Positions 13,601 through 25,600 of a stretch of 64,000 nucleotides of DNA are shown one piece after another. Location of the stretch: positions 170,933,415-170,997,414 of the forward strand of contig NC_092375.1 of NCBI RefSeq assembly GCF_030028105.1, written 5' to 3'. Source of the DNA: Mobula birostris. Lineage: Eukaryota. The notes under the pieces were generated by a model, which worked only from the letters and a program-made list of their open reading frames with translations, did no database searches and was not told the DNA's origin. The position numbers and the translations under genes are program-made. Position 1 is the stretch's first letter. The number at the start of each line of letters is the position of its first letter.

Positions 13601-16600
13601 TGGGACCCTACAAGAGGTCAGAGGGATTAAGCAGTTAAACAACTACCTATAATTTAACCGCACTCCTCACCACTCACACATTAATCACAACCCTGGCTGA
13701 TGAGATTTAGTCCTGGGTAAACAACCAAAATTTTAGTTATAACAACAAGATCTTCAGGGTCAAATAATACAAGTATCAGATCATTTTATTCAAATGTTCT
13801 CTTAGTAGCGAGAGTCTTCCTTGGTAGATATATTCATCTCATGAACTGATTCCAACCTCTGTTTAAAAAAAGCAGAGCATCTTACAACAATGCCATATAC
13901 TTTAACCATTAAACTATCTGCTGGATACTTAAACTAATAAACAACCTGCTGGATACTTTAACCAATAAACAATCTGCTGGATATTTTAACCAATAAACAA
14001 TCTGCTGGAGGACCTCAGTGGGCCAAGCAGTATCAGTAAGAGGCAAGAAATTGTCAACGTTTTGGGTCAAAACACTGCATCAAATTGCCTTCTATATATT
14101 GGCAAGACCTGACACAGCCTGAGAGACCGTTTCGCTGAACACCTATGCTCTGTCCGCCAGAGAAAGCAAGATCTCCCAGTGGCCACACATTTTAATTCCA
14201 CATCCCATTCCCATTCTGATATGTCTATCCACAGCCTCCTCTACTGTAAAGATGAAGCCACACTCAGGTTGGAGGAACAATACCTTATATTCCGTCTGGG
14301 TAGCCTCGAACTTGATGGCATGAACATTGACTTCTCAAACTTCCGCTAATGCCCCACCTCCCCCTTGTACCCCATCCGTTATTTATTTATATACACACAT
14401 TCTTTCCCTCACTCTCCTTTTTCTCCCTCTGTCCCTCTGACTATACCTCTTGCCCATCCTTTGGGTTCCCCCCCCCACTTGTCATTCTCCCTGGGCCTCC
14501 TGTCCCATGATCGTCTCATATCCCTTTTGCCAATCACCTGCCCAGCTCTTGGCTCCATCCCTCCCCCTCCTGTCTTCTCCTATCATTTTGGATCTCCCCC
14601 TCCCCCTTTTAAATCTCTTACTAGCTCTTCCTTCAGTTAGTCCTGACGAAGGGTCCCGGCCTGAAACGTCGACTGAACTTCTTCCTAGAGATGCTGCCTG
14701 ACCTGCTGCATTCACCAGCAACTTTGATGTGTGTTGATCAAATTGTTTGTTGCTTCACATTTTAGCGTATGCAGTCTCTTGTGTTCCCCCACTCCACACA
14801 TATTTATATATCAGTATTGTTTGCATTGGAGCAAATTCAGTGGACTAAGCATCAATGCATTGACCAAATGATGTGACACTTTATAACTTTTAAAAGACAG
14901 TTCATGAGGGCTTGGTTATTGCCTCAGATCTCAAAAGCTAAATTGATAGCCTTAATTCTTTTATTTCGACGTGAGTTCCATTTCTGTGAACTACGGATTC
15001 AGCCTTCCTCCTGTATTAAAAACTTGCTCCAGTGGTGTGCAATTTTTTATTCTGAACAAAATTCTTAATTTTCCATGTAAGACTAAAGCACGATATCTGG
15101 GAATGTGAATGTTATCAAGGAAGTCGATTCAAAATGGAGATTAGAACAACATGAATATTTTGTAAATATTTCTCTCTGCAGAACTGAATCTTGAATTCAA
15201 GTAATAATTACCTAAACCAACATTTGATATATTGTTTGGTATACAAAAGTAAGTTCAGATATGGTATCTCTTGTTATTATTACATTTGTTAATGTACCAT
15301 TTCACTTCTGAAATGTAACTCATCAGGGTGAAATAGGTTTTCCTGGATTACCTGGCCCTGTTGGTCCTCCTGGAGTTGGTCTACAAGGTGAAAAGGTAAT
15401 TATTTTGCATTTACTCTTAATTCAGCAAGTAACTCCTGTGACTTTTTCAATATTGAGTGCATACCTCCTGAAGAATGTTTCCAATTGCTCCCTACATTGA
15501 TAAAGTTATTTTGGTGTAGAACTGGCTGAATGAGTTTTGTCTGTTAGATAACAAGCACATAGTAGAAAATGCTCGCAGATGTTTGCACGTAGTTGTCTAA
15601 GATACCAGTTATCTTCTGGTGTTTTAGTGAAAAAGGTATGTACTGTGTCCAGACAGCCTAAACTTTCCACTTGACATGCAACTTCCTTTACATGTACAAT
15701 TCAAACAATATAATTATTGTAGCAGTTATTTCCGGCATGTATTCTTATCTGTGTGAACTCAATTCGGGCATTGTTGGTGTGCAGAAAGATGTGGCCTTTG
15801 TCAGCCATATGTGGAGGTCTTCATTCTATGTTCTGTTGTAAGATGGTGTATTCGGTCAGTAGTTTCTGCAAAATAGATGGCAGGTCCCAATATTTGGCTA
15901 AGCTTCATTCATGTGCATGCTGAACCCTTAATACAGGTGTTCCCAACCTTTTTTATACTGCCATGGACCCCGACTTTAACTGAACAGTCTGTGGACCCCA
16001 AGTTGGGTACCCCTGATCTAAATGCTTTTAAATGTTGTAATCGTTTCCAGCTCCTTCCACTCACTTCCTCTGACTGACACACACACACACACACACACAC
16101 ACCCCACCATCATGTGAAAAGCTTGCCTTTCCGGACCCTTTTAAATCTTCCTCCGCTTTCACCTTAAAATTATGTACTTGTTTAACCTTGGAAAAAGACT
16201 GTGGGCATCCATCTTATCTACTGTACATCCCTTGCAATTTTATACATTTATGTAGGGTCACCACTCAGCAGGAGGCAGGATGAAGTCCCAGCCTATCCAA
16301 TCTCTCCTTTCAATTTAAGTACCCTCCCTCAACTCCCAACAATGTCCTTGCAACCCCATTCTGCATCCCTTCCAGCTCAATTTCTTTACTGCTATTTCCC
16401 ACCTTAAGCTCCTTCAGCTGCATTATCAATGATCTTCCTTCCATAGGGTAAGAAGCAGCACTATTTGTTGTTGATGCCACAATGTTTAATTCTATTAGCG
16501 ACTCCTTCGAAAATGAGGTAGTCCCTAGCCACATGGCCATGTGTGGCTGTTGGCAATGTTGCCATGTAAGTGCCAGGCACTAATGAGAGAACCAGCTACC

Positions 16601-19600
16601 CTTAACATTCAATGGCAGTAGCGTCACCAAGTCTCTCACTATTAACACTCCAGCTGTTGCCAGACACTCAGCTGGATCACCACATAAAACTGTGACAGCA
16701 GGAGCAGGTCAGAGGCTGGGTACCTCACCTCCTGATGGGTTCCTTCCCAGCCAGTGAAAATCTGTCATAATGAATTTCAAAATCTTTCTTGATGACTCCC
16801 GCACCTTGCTCTCAAACCTATTTTAGAGTAATGCAGAATTTCACTGGTCAAAATGCGTTAAATTGAGGCAATTTATTTTGTATAATCTGGTAGGGAGTCC
16901 TAGGTCCAAGAGGACCAGCTGGCCTGAGAGGACCTCCAGGTGAGGGCTCGCCTGGATCAAAGGTAAGAGAAGCAAAAAGCTGCTAAAACGATTTATTATT
17001 TTCACAAACTTTAACACAAATTCTGAAGTCTGCTGAGGCATTCAAGACCAGTGATCCAGAACTATAAAAGAATTCCAGGTATGACCTATGGTGCAATCTA
17101 CAGAAGGCTAGTTTAAGAGTGAAAAAAAAACCAATTTCAATTGAAGTTAGAGATGGAACTGGATGCACGTCCGCTCTGGCAGGGTTCTCAGGTCTTTACT
17201 TCCTACAAAGTGAAACCCTAACATCATGAACAGCTGTGATTCTTCACTCCCAGATGAGCTCAATGCCTTTTATGCACGCTTTGAAAGAGACAATAAAATC
17301 ACACCCATGCGAATCCCTGCAGCATCTGGTGACCCTGTGATCTCGGTCTCGAAGGCTGACGTCAGAACATCTTTCAAGAGGATGAACCCTTGCAAGGTGT
17401 CAGGCCTTGATGGTGTACCTCGTTTGCCACTGAAAACCTCTGCCAACCAACTGGCAGGAATGTCAAGGACATCTTCAGTTTCTAACTGCTGCAGTCAGAG
17501 GTTCCCTACTGCTTCAAAATCATGCCAGTGCCAAAGAAGATCAGGGCGAGCTGCCTCAATGACTATCGCCCAGTTACACTTACATCTACTGTGATGAAGT
17601 GCTTTGAGAGGTTGGACATGGCCAGGATCAACTCTTGCCTAAGCAAGGACCTGGACCTGCGGCAAATTAGAATAGGTCTACAGCAGACGCAATCTCTTTC
17701 AGCTTTGGATCACCTGGACAATAGCAATATCTATGTCAGGCTGCTGTTTATTGACTACAGCTCAACATTCAACACAGTCATACCCTCAGTTCTAATCAAC
17801 CAGCTCCAAAACATGGGCCTCTGTACCTCTCTCTGCAACTGGAGCTTTGACTTTGTCACTGGGAGACTAGAGACTGTACGGATCAAAAGTGACTGATAAT
17901 CAACACTGCCACACCCCAGGGATACATGCTAAGTCCAGAACTCTACTCTCTCTACATCCATGACTGTGTGGCTAGGCACAGCTCAAACACCATCTTTAAA
18001 TTTGCCAATGACACCATCTTTAAATTTTCAGATGTTGACGAGGAGGAGTACAGGAGCGAGATAGCTGAAAGACGAAAAGCAAATTACCTGAAACTGTAGG
18101 GTTGGATATTGAATACTGAAATCTGCAGTATGCTCAAAAGGAAGATGTGTTGTTCTTTACTGAAAGGACTAATTGTAACAGTGCAGGCCACCAGATAGAT
18201 GATTCAAAGTGGGAGTGGGCTGGAGAACTAAAGTGGCAGGCAAACAGAGCTCGAGGTCACTTCAATGTAGGTGCTTTGCAAAGCAATCGCCCAATCTTGT
18301 TATAAGGAGGTGGCTAGGAATGGACCCAAGTGCAAGACACAGACACTGAAGTACTAGGGACAGGACTAGGATACAGGGCAATGGCAAGGACATGGACAGG
18401 AAAACCAGGAACCTGGAACAGGACTGGACAAAAGAGCTAGGAGCCCAGGCTTGGACTCCGAGCCATAGACTGGACAAGGACCCAGTACCTGGGTCTTGCC
18501 TCTGGCTCGGACCCCAGAACTAGGCAAGGAAGAAGCTTGGCTGGCAGGCAAGACGAAGCTGGAGTCTTAGAGATTTGAGGCGAGGCTTGGCAGGAGGCAG
18601 GAGACGAGGCGAGGCTTGGCAGGAGGCAGGAGACGAGGCGAGGCTTGGCAGGAGGCAGGAGACGAGGCGAGGCTTGGCAGGAGGCAGGAGACGAAGCGAG
18701 GCTTGGCAGGAGGCAGGAGACGAGGCGAGGCTTGGCAGGATGCAGGAGACTTGAGACGAGGCTTGGCAGGAGGCAGGAGACGAGGCGAGGCTTGGCAGGA
18801 TGCAGGAGACGAGGCGAGGCTTGGCAGGATGCAGGAGACGAGGCGAGGCTTGGCAGGATGCAGGAGACGAGGCGAGGCTTGGCAGGATGCAGGAGACGAG
18901 GCGAGGCTTGGCAGGATGCAGGAGACTTGAGGCTAGAGACCTGAGGCGAGGCTTGGCAGGATGCAGGAGGCTGGAGTCTAGAGACCTGAGGCGAGGCTTG
19001 GCAGGATGCAGGAGACTTGAGGCTAGCGACTTGGCAGGAGGCAGGAGACTGGAGGCTAGAGACCTGAGGCGAGGCTTGGCAGGAGGCAGGAGGCTGGAGT
19101 CTAGAGACCTGAGGTGAGGCTTGGCAGGAGGCAGGAGGCTGGAGGCTAGAGACCTGAGGCAAGGCTTGGCAGGAGGCTAGAGACCTGAGGCGAGGCTCGG
19201 CAGGAGGCTAGAGTCTTCAGGCTTGAGGCTCGGCAGAAGGCTGGAGTCTTCAGGCTTGAGGCTCGGCAGAAGGCTGGAGTCTTCAGGCTTGAGGCTAGCT
19301 AGGCTCCTCCTGGGCAGGGTGCGGTTCACCCGGGCAGGGCACGGTACTCCTGGGCAGGGCGCAGATCACCCCTCGACAGAGGCAAGGGACAGGAAGGGAG
19401 CTAGGTACAGGGTGGCTCCAGGACAAGACTACGGGCGAGAGTTACCAGCAAGACAAGGCAAGGCTTCAGGCAATGCAAGGCGAGACAAGAACTTCAGGTG
19501 AGGCAAGAGTTACCGGCAAGACAAGGCAAGGCGGGACGAGAGCTTCAGGCGAGGTGAGAGTTACCGGCAAGACAAGGCAGGGCTTCAGGCGAGGAAACAG

Positions 19601-22600
19601 AAGGCAGAGCAAGGGATACAAGGAGTAAGGACAAGAACAATCCAGCAGCCACACCCTGGTCTCTGGAGGTATTTATGCAGCCAGCCCCAATGAGCATCAG
19701 CTGCCTCAATTAGAGCTAAACAAGAACAGAAACAGGGTAAACAGGAAAACCTGGAGCAAGGGTCGATGGACCGGACCATGAACCGGAATATGGATTTCAC
19801 GGACTGGACCATGACAAATCTGTGTTTGTTTTCACCATTTTTGGGGAAACCACCTTTTGAACAATAAATGCAGTGGACTACATTGGAGGAAAACATGCGC
19901 AGTATGCTAATGGAACTCAGCAGGTCAAGCAGCATCTATGGGAATGAATAAACGGTGGATGTTTCCAGCCAAGACCCTTCATCAGGACTGGAAAGGAAGG
20001 GGGTGGGGGAAGATGCCAGAACAAGAAGGTGGAGGGAGGGGGAGGTGGACAAGCTAGAAGGTGATAGGTGAAGCCAGGTGGGGCGGGGGAGGGCATGAGG
20101 TAAGAAGCTAAGGGGTGATTAAGTGGAAAACGCAAAGGGCTGAAGAAGAAGGAATCTGACAGGAAAGGACAGTGGATCGTGGAAGAAAGGGAAGGTTGGG
20201 GAGCAGTGTGGGAAGGTTATTGGCAGGTGAGGAGAAGAGGTAAGAAGCCAGAGTGGGGTAATTGAAGAAGAGGGGAGGGGGAGGGGTAGAAATTACCAGA
20301 AGTTGGAGAAATCAATGTTCATGCCATCAGGTCAGAGACTGCCTAGATAGATTATGAGTGCTGCTCCTCCAACCTGCATCATCATGCAGAAGAGGAAGCC
20401 ATGGACCGACATGTTGGAATGGGAATGGGGAATGGAATTGAAATGGTTGGCCAGTGAGAAATTAGGCCTTTTGCTAATGGAGCTGAGGTGCTCAACAAAG
20501 CAGTCCCCCAATGTACTCCCAGATTGGAAGAAATGCAAATGAATTGTTGTGTCACTGGAAAAGGAGTGATATTTCTCAGGGATCAAAAATGTAAAATGAC
20601 AAGTATTGCATCTCCAAGGTTGCATGGGAATGTGCTGTGGGAAGGGAAGAGATCAACGCTGATTTGAAAAGCTTGAAAAGGGAGCTGATAATGTGTCTGA
20701 TGGTGGAACCTCTTTGGAACCGGTGGAAATTGCAAAGGTTGTGGAGGCTAGTGGGCTGGAAGGTGAGGACCAGAGAAACTACCCTTACTCTGTTCAGGAG
20801 GGATGGGATAAGAGCAGTGTTGTGTGGAATAAAGCATTTATTGGACTTCAACAGAGATAGTAAGTGCCAGTCACTGCTTTCCTATTCCCAATGATTTGAA
20901 TTTACATTTCCTTGGTTGGCATGATAGGATCTGAACTCATGTCCCTCTACTATTATAAAAACCCTTTATAGAGTAGCCTATCTAAATAAGCTGCCATATC
21001 CTTGCATACCAATACATCGGACTAACTTATTAGGGCATTTCATTCAATGTACCAAGGCACCAATATGCTTCTTCGGCCTGATTGGCCCAAAACGATAGCT
21101 GTATGATGTGTGATTTATATCCACACCTTTGGACTAAGTGGGTAATTAAAGGTGGCATGTCCTGGTGCCTTCAAAACAAGGGGATTCCTTGCTCTTGGTC
21201 GAGGAGAGAGAGAGATCGAGCTGCCAGGAGTTCACATTGGACAAAGTATGGAGCTGCTATTGAGTTTTCTGGTAGATATATTTTTGTAAATATTGGCACT
21301 TTTCTTTTCACTATTTTCACTATTTGTTGTAAGTTTGATTTTTTGACGCACTGAACATCCTTGCATGAAAGTGCTAAGTGATTCTAGCCATCTTTTCTTT
21401 GATCGTAGCCCAAAATCTAACACGGTGCATTTCACAGAGTAAGTGCCTCTTGTCTGCTGCCACAAGCAAAAGACCCATCTAGATTGTTTAATTTATTTTT
21501 ATCTCCAGAATTTGGGTCAGAATAGTGAATAGAAGAGAATGTTTTGTCCCACTTTACTGACATCAGAAACACCTTTCTTGGCATCCTGTCAAAGTTGAAA
21601 TTGGTACTACTGCCACATTGAGTTGTTATAGACTTTTAAGTCTATAGCAAATTCACAATAACCATGATTACCAACCAAAGTGCCATGTACTCCCCTTCCA
21701 TGTGCTTCATACCTGTGGTGTGAGGCAATCACAACTGCAAGTTAAGTGATTGAGGGCAATTAAAAAATGTCTTGCCTGCTTGGAATTAAATTTAGTTTAC
21801 TTAGTTGTTGTATCATTTTTACTTCAGATTATTTGTATAAAGCATATATTTTAATTAAATTTGAACATAATTCTCAAACCATTCTGCAGGGCGATCAAGG
21901 TTTGCCTGGAGAAATTGGAGCTCCAGGAGAAAGAGGAATTGGAGAGCCAGGACCAAAAGTAAGTGAGAAAAATAAGTAAAAATAAGTGAGAGAGAAGTAA
22001 GAGAAACATCAAGGAGACTGGTGGATAGTTTTATTAACAGAAGACAAATAATACCTGTGAGAAATGTGTTTGAAATGACGTCCATTAACTTGAAATCATC
22101 AAATGTATTTCAAAATTATTCATAGCCATTTCTCTTGAGGCTGATGTTGCTTTAAAGAAAAGGTAGATGAGATTAGAAATTTTGACTAAATTCTTTTTAT
22201 CTTCTTTGTATATGCTAAAATTAACATAACAGGTTTCCTGTTAAAAATCTTGCGCTGTTGAGGACTACACAGCTGAACTGCTGATAAGTTGCTTTTGTCT
22301 TTGTGCAGAGTGCCATCTATTGGACATTTACAGGAACTGGACCTCAGTTTTGTCATGTTTAATGGCAACTAACATAAATTATACTTTTAATATTGAAGAA
22401 TGCTTTATGAATAAAAGGGCTAGCATTAAATTGAATGACCTATGATATTCCAACACAAGTAAGTTTTTTTCAGTTTTGTATTACCCGTCAAAACTGCTAC
22501 TGAATTTGCGATCTGGCCTAAACCGATGTGGTAGATTGGCAGTGGAAATTCATCCTGTTCTTTGTGTTTAAAATCAGGTAATGTCTGATTGAATCTAATT

Positions 22601-25600
22601 CCTTCTTTGAGGCAGAACAAATGTTAGAGTTATTTTATGTCTGTATAATTTCTTTTATGATCTATTTTCTTTTCTACTTTTTTGCCAAAGTTATTTCTAA
22701 TTTTCTTGCTTTTTATGTTTAATAAAATAATAGTATGTGAGTTGTTTTGGGTGTTTTGTCCTCAAAGGAAGCACTCCATAAAAATCAAAGCACTATTTCA
22801 AGAAACCCCTCTAGGATGCCCCTGCTACGTTGATAACTACCCCTCATGATGCTTTCAGTGGCGGTTCCCTCGTCATGTATTCCCTCCCTACATCAAATTA
22901 GAAGAAATAGAGCAAAACATGGGTGTTAGACTTTAACTAGATAATCATTGTATATATCCTACACTCTTCTGGTTTATGGCAGTGTCCTTCGCTCTCAACC
23001 AGTGAACGATACTCTGGCAAAGACTTTGGTATACTGTATTCCTATTGTTATATTGTTGTATATCCAGGCAAGGATCGTTGCATTTCTGGTTCTGCCAATG
23101 CAAATTTTGCCAATTTTGCCTGCATGATGCTGGCCCCAGTGTAACAGTTGGTCAGAATCATCGACTCTAAAACATTTATCTATGGACTTCCATGAAGCTG
23201 TTGTGTTTGTAGGGCGAGCCTGGCTCTTCAGGATTGGCAGGGCTCCCTGGTCTTCCAGGAGAAGATGGTGCGCCAGGACAAAAGGTAACTCTAAGGATAT
23301 AGTAACTTAGTTAAAATGGCTGTGAGGCACTCTAAAGTGGCTATCTGAATTTCACATTTATCCCAACCCTGTTATCTCTGGTAAGGTCATTTATTGAAGT
23401 TTTCTAGGTCCACAGGCATTTTCATCAAGGGGAGTGGCCTTATATTTTGATGTTTATTCCAGCAAAATGACCTATGTAGTTTCAGTTCATATAAACAACC
23501 ACATTACATTCTTTAGCCTCTGTTACAAGAGCACAGTGTCAATTAAATTCCAGCCATCTAATTTTAAAGAAGATGTGTGATGTTTTTCTTTCAAAAAAAG
23601 TTAATATTTTCATGCATTCTGATCATGTCTCTAATTAAGATTCTTTTTCGTCCATGGACGCCATAAATTAAAATTACACTGGTAGACCCATGGAACACTA
23701 AGTATAGAAACGGGCCCTTCAGCCCATCTAGTCTATTCCGAACTGTTATTTTGCCTGGTCCAATCAACCCACACCTGGACCATAGCCCTCTGATACCCTT
23801 CCCATCCAAGTACTTTTCCAACTCTTCTTAAATGTTGCAGCTGAACCTGTATCCACCACTTCTGCTGGTAGCTCATTCCACACTTGAACCACCTTCTGAG
23901 TGAAAAGTATTTCACCTTTCACTCTTAATCTGTGATCTCTAGTTCTAGTTTCTCCCAACCTCAGTGGAAAAAGCTTGTTTGCACTTCCCATATCTATGTC
24001 CCTCATGATTTTGTATACCTCTATCTAAATCAGCCCTCATTCTCTTACTCTCCAGGGAGTAAATTCCTAACCAATTAAACCTTTCCTTATAACTTAGATC
24101 CTCAGGCCCTAGCAACATCCTTGTAAAAGTTCTTTGTAATCTTTCAATCTTATACCTTCCTTGTAGGTAGGTAAACAGAACTGCAGACAATCCTCCAGAT
24201 TAGCCCTTGCTAATGCCTTATATAATTTCAACATAACATCCCTACTCCTGTACTGAATACTCTGATTTATGAAGGCCAATGTGCCAAAAGCTCTCTTTAT
24301 GACCACCTACCTGTGACTCCACTTTCAAGGAACTATGTATCTGTACTCCCAGATCCCTCTGTTCTACTGCATTTCTCAGTGCCCCACCATTCACTGTGTA
24401 AGTCCTTCCCTAGATTGTCCTTTCAAAGTACAACGCTGTAGGCTTTAAATCTATCTGCCACTTCTCAGCCTATTTTTCTGGCTGGCCCAGATGTGGCTGC
24501 AAGCAGTGAAAGCCTTCCTTGCCCCCAATCTTGGTGTCATCTACAAATTTGCTGATCTAGTTTACTACATCATCATGCAATTCATTAATACAGATGACAA
24601 ATAACTGTTCTCTGTGACACACCACTAGTCACAGGCCTCCAGTCAGAGTAGCAGACATCTACGCCCACCCTCTGGCTTCTCTTGCTGGCCAATGTTGAAT
24701 CCTATTTGCAACTTCATTCTGAATGCCAAGCGACTGAACATTCTGGACCAGTCTCCCATGTGGGGCTAAGTCAAAGTCCTTGCTAAGCCCATGCAGACAA
24801 CGTCCACCGCCTTTCCTTATCATCTTTCTTGATCTTCTCGAAAAACTCTATAATGGTAGATTTGATGATGATGGTACCCAAATCATCTAAGGCGTAATAA
24901 TTTTTTTATCCACTCATTCTCAATGCAGGTTTTCAACTGTAGGTTGGCTAACCTGGCATAATAATGGGATCCAAATGCCAAGAATCTCCACCACTGTCTC
25001 TGCTTGAGAATGCAGGATATGGGGAATATACTCAACTTTAAATATGTGATTCCTGGCTGCTGCCAAGCCCCTCTATCTCTAGTTCAATGTACATGAAGTT
25101 CTAAAGTGTGGAAACAGGCCTTTAAACCTGTTGATGCTGACTGAAGCACTTTCCTGAGCTCCTTTCATTTTCCAACCCACTGAGACCTGAGGCTATCCAT
25201 TGGTTGGGATCAACATGGGTGTCATGTCCTAGCTGTTTACATGATACACAAGACAATACGTAAACCAGGGCAGTACGACATGGAGAGCAAGCTGTTGCCC
25301 AGATAACATGCTCTCCTCTCCATGCAGCTGATGAATCCAAAGGAACGGCAGAGACCAATACAGTTTGATTCTGGTACCAGATTTTGTAGCCTGGGGAAAA
25401 GTACACACTCAGGACAACAAAGACTTTTTTGGGTTTTAATTCCTTTATCGGTTTTCAATGTTTAAGTGCCAGAAGAGGGTCGCGAAATAAAAGGAACGAA
25501 TTTACAACCAGTTCTTGCTGTTACAATCTCAGTTTAACTTTCGATTCACACCCTTGTGTATGGACAGAATTGCGTATGCAGTATAAAAATTACCAGAACT

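Larger units (their letters stand above)
18070..19880 (-). mobile_element. Degenerate Penelope GIY-YIG fragment split by the solo LTR
   Basis: Removing 18298-19816 and one TSD copy rejoins NGENKHR and LGDCFAKHL (YIGET-RRLGD-F-EH motif). Confidence 0.7.

Noticed and set aside
13695-13725. CTGATGA motif (ggctgatgagatttagtc)
   Set aside because: No downstream GAAA-NUH at the right spacing and no stem I, so it is not a hammerhead.
13897-14008. 28-bp repeats resembling a CRISPR array
   Set aside because: The units are directly adjacent with no spacers, the context is a vertebrate intron, and there are no cas genes.
12327-15395. Exons B and C are exactly 3000 bp apart and both end GGTGAAAAG
   Set aside because: The flanking introns are not similar, and the intron length includes a recent Penelope insertion, so the spacing is coincidental.
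18437-19162. 241-aa minus-strand ORF and overlapping 99-105 aa plus-strand ORFs
   Set aside because: These are translations of the minisatellite inside a solo LTR; they are open only because the repeat unit lacks stops.
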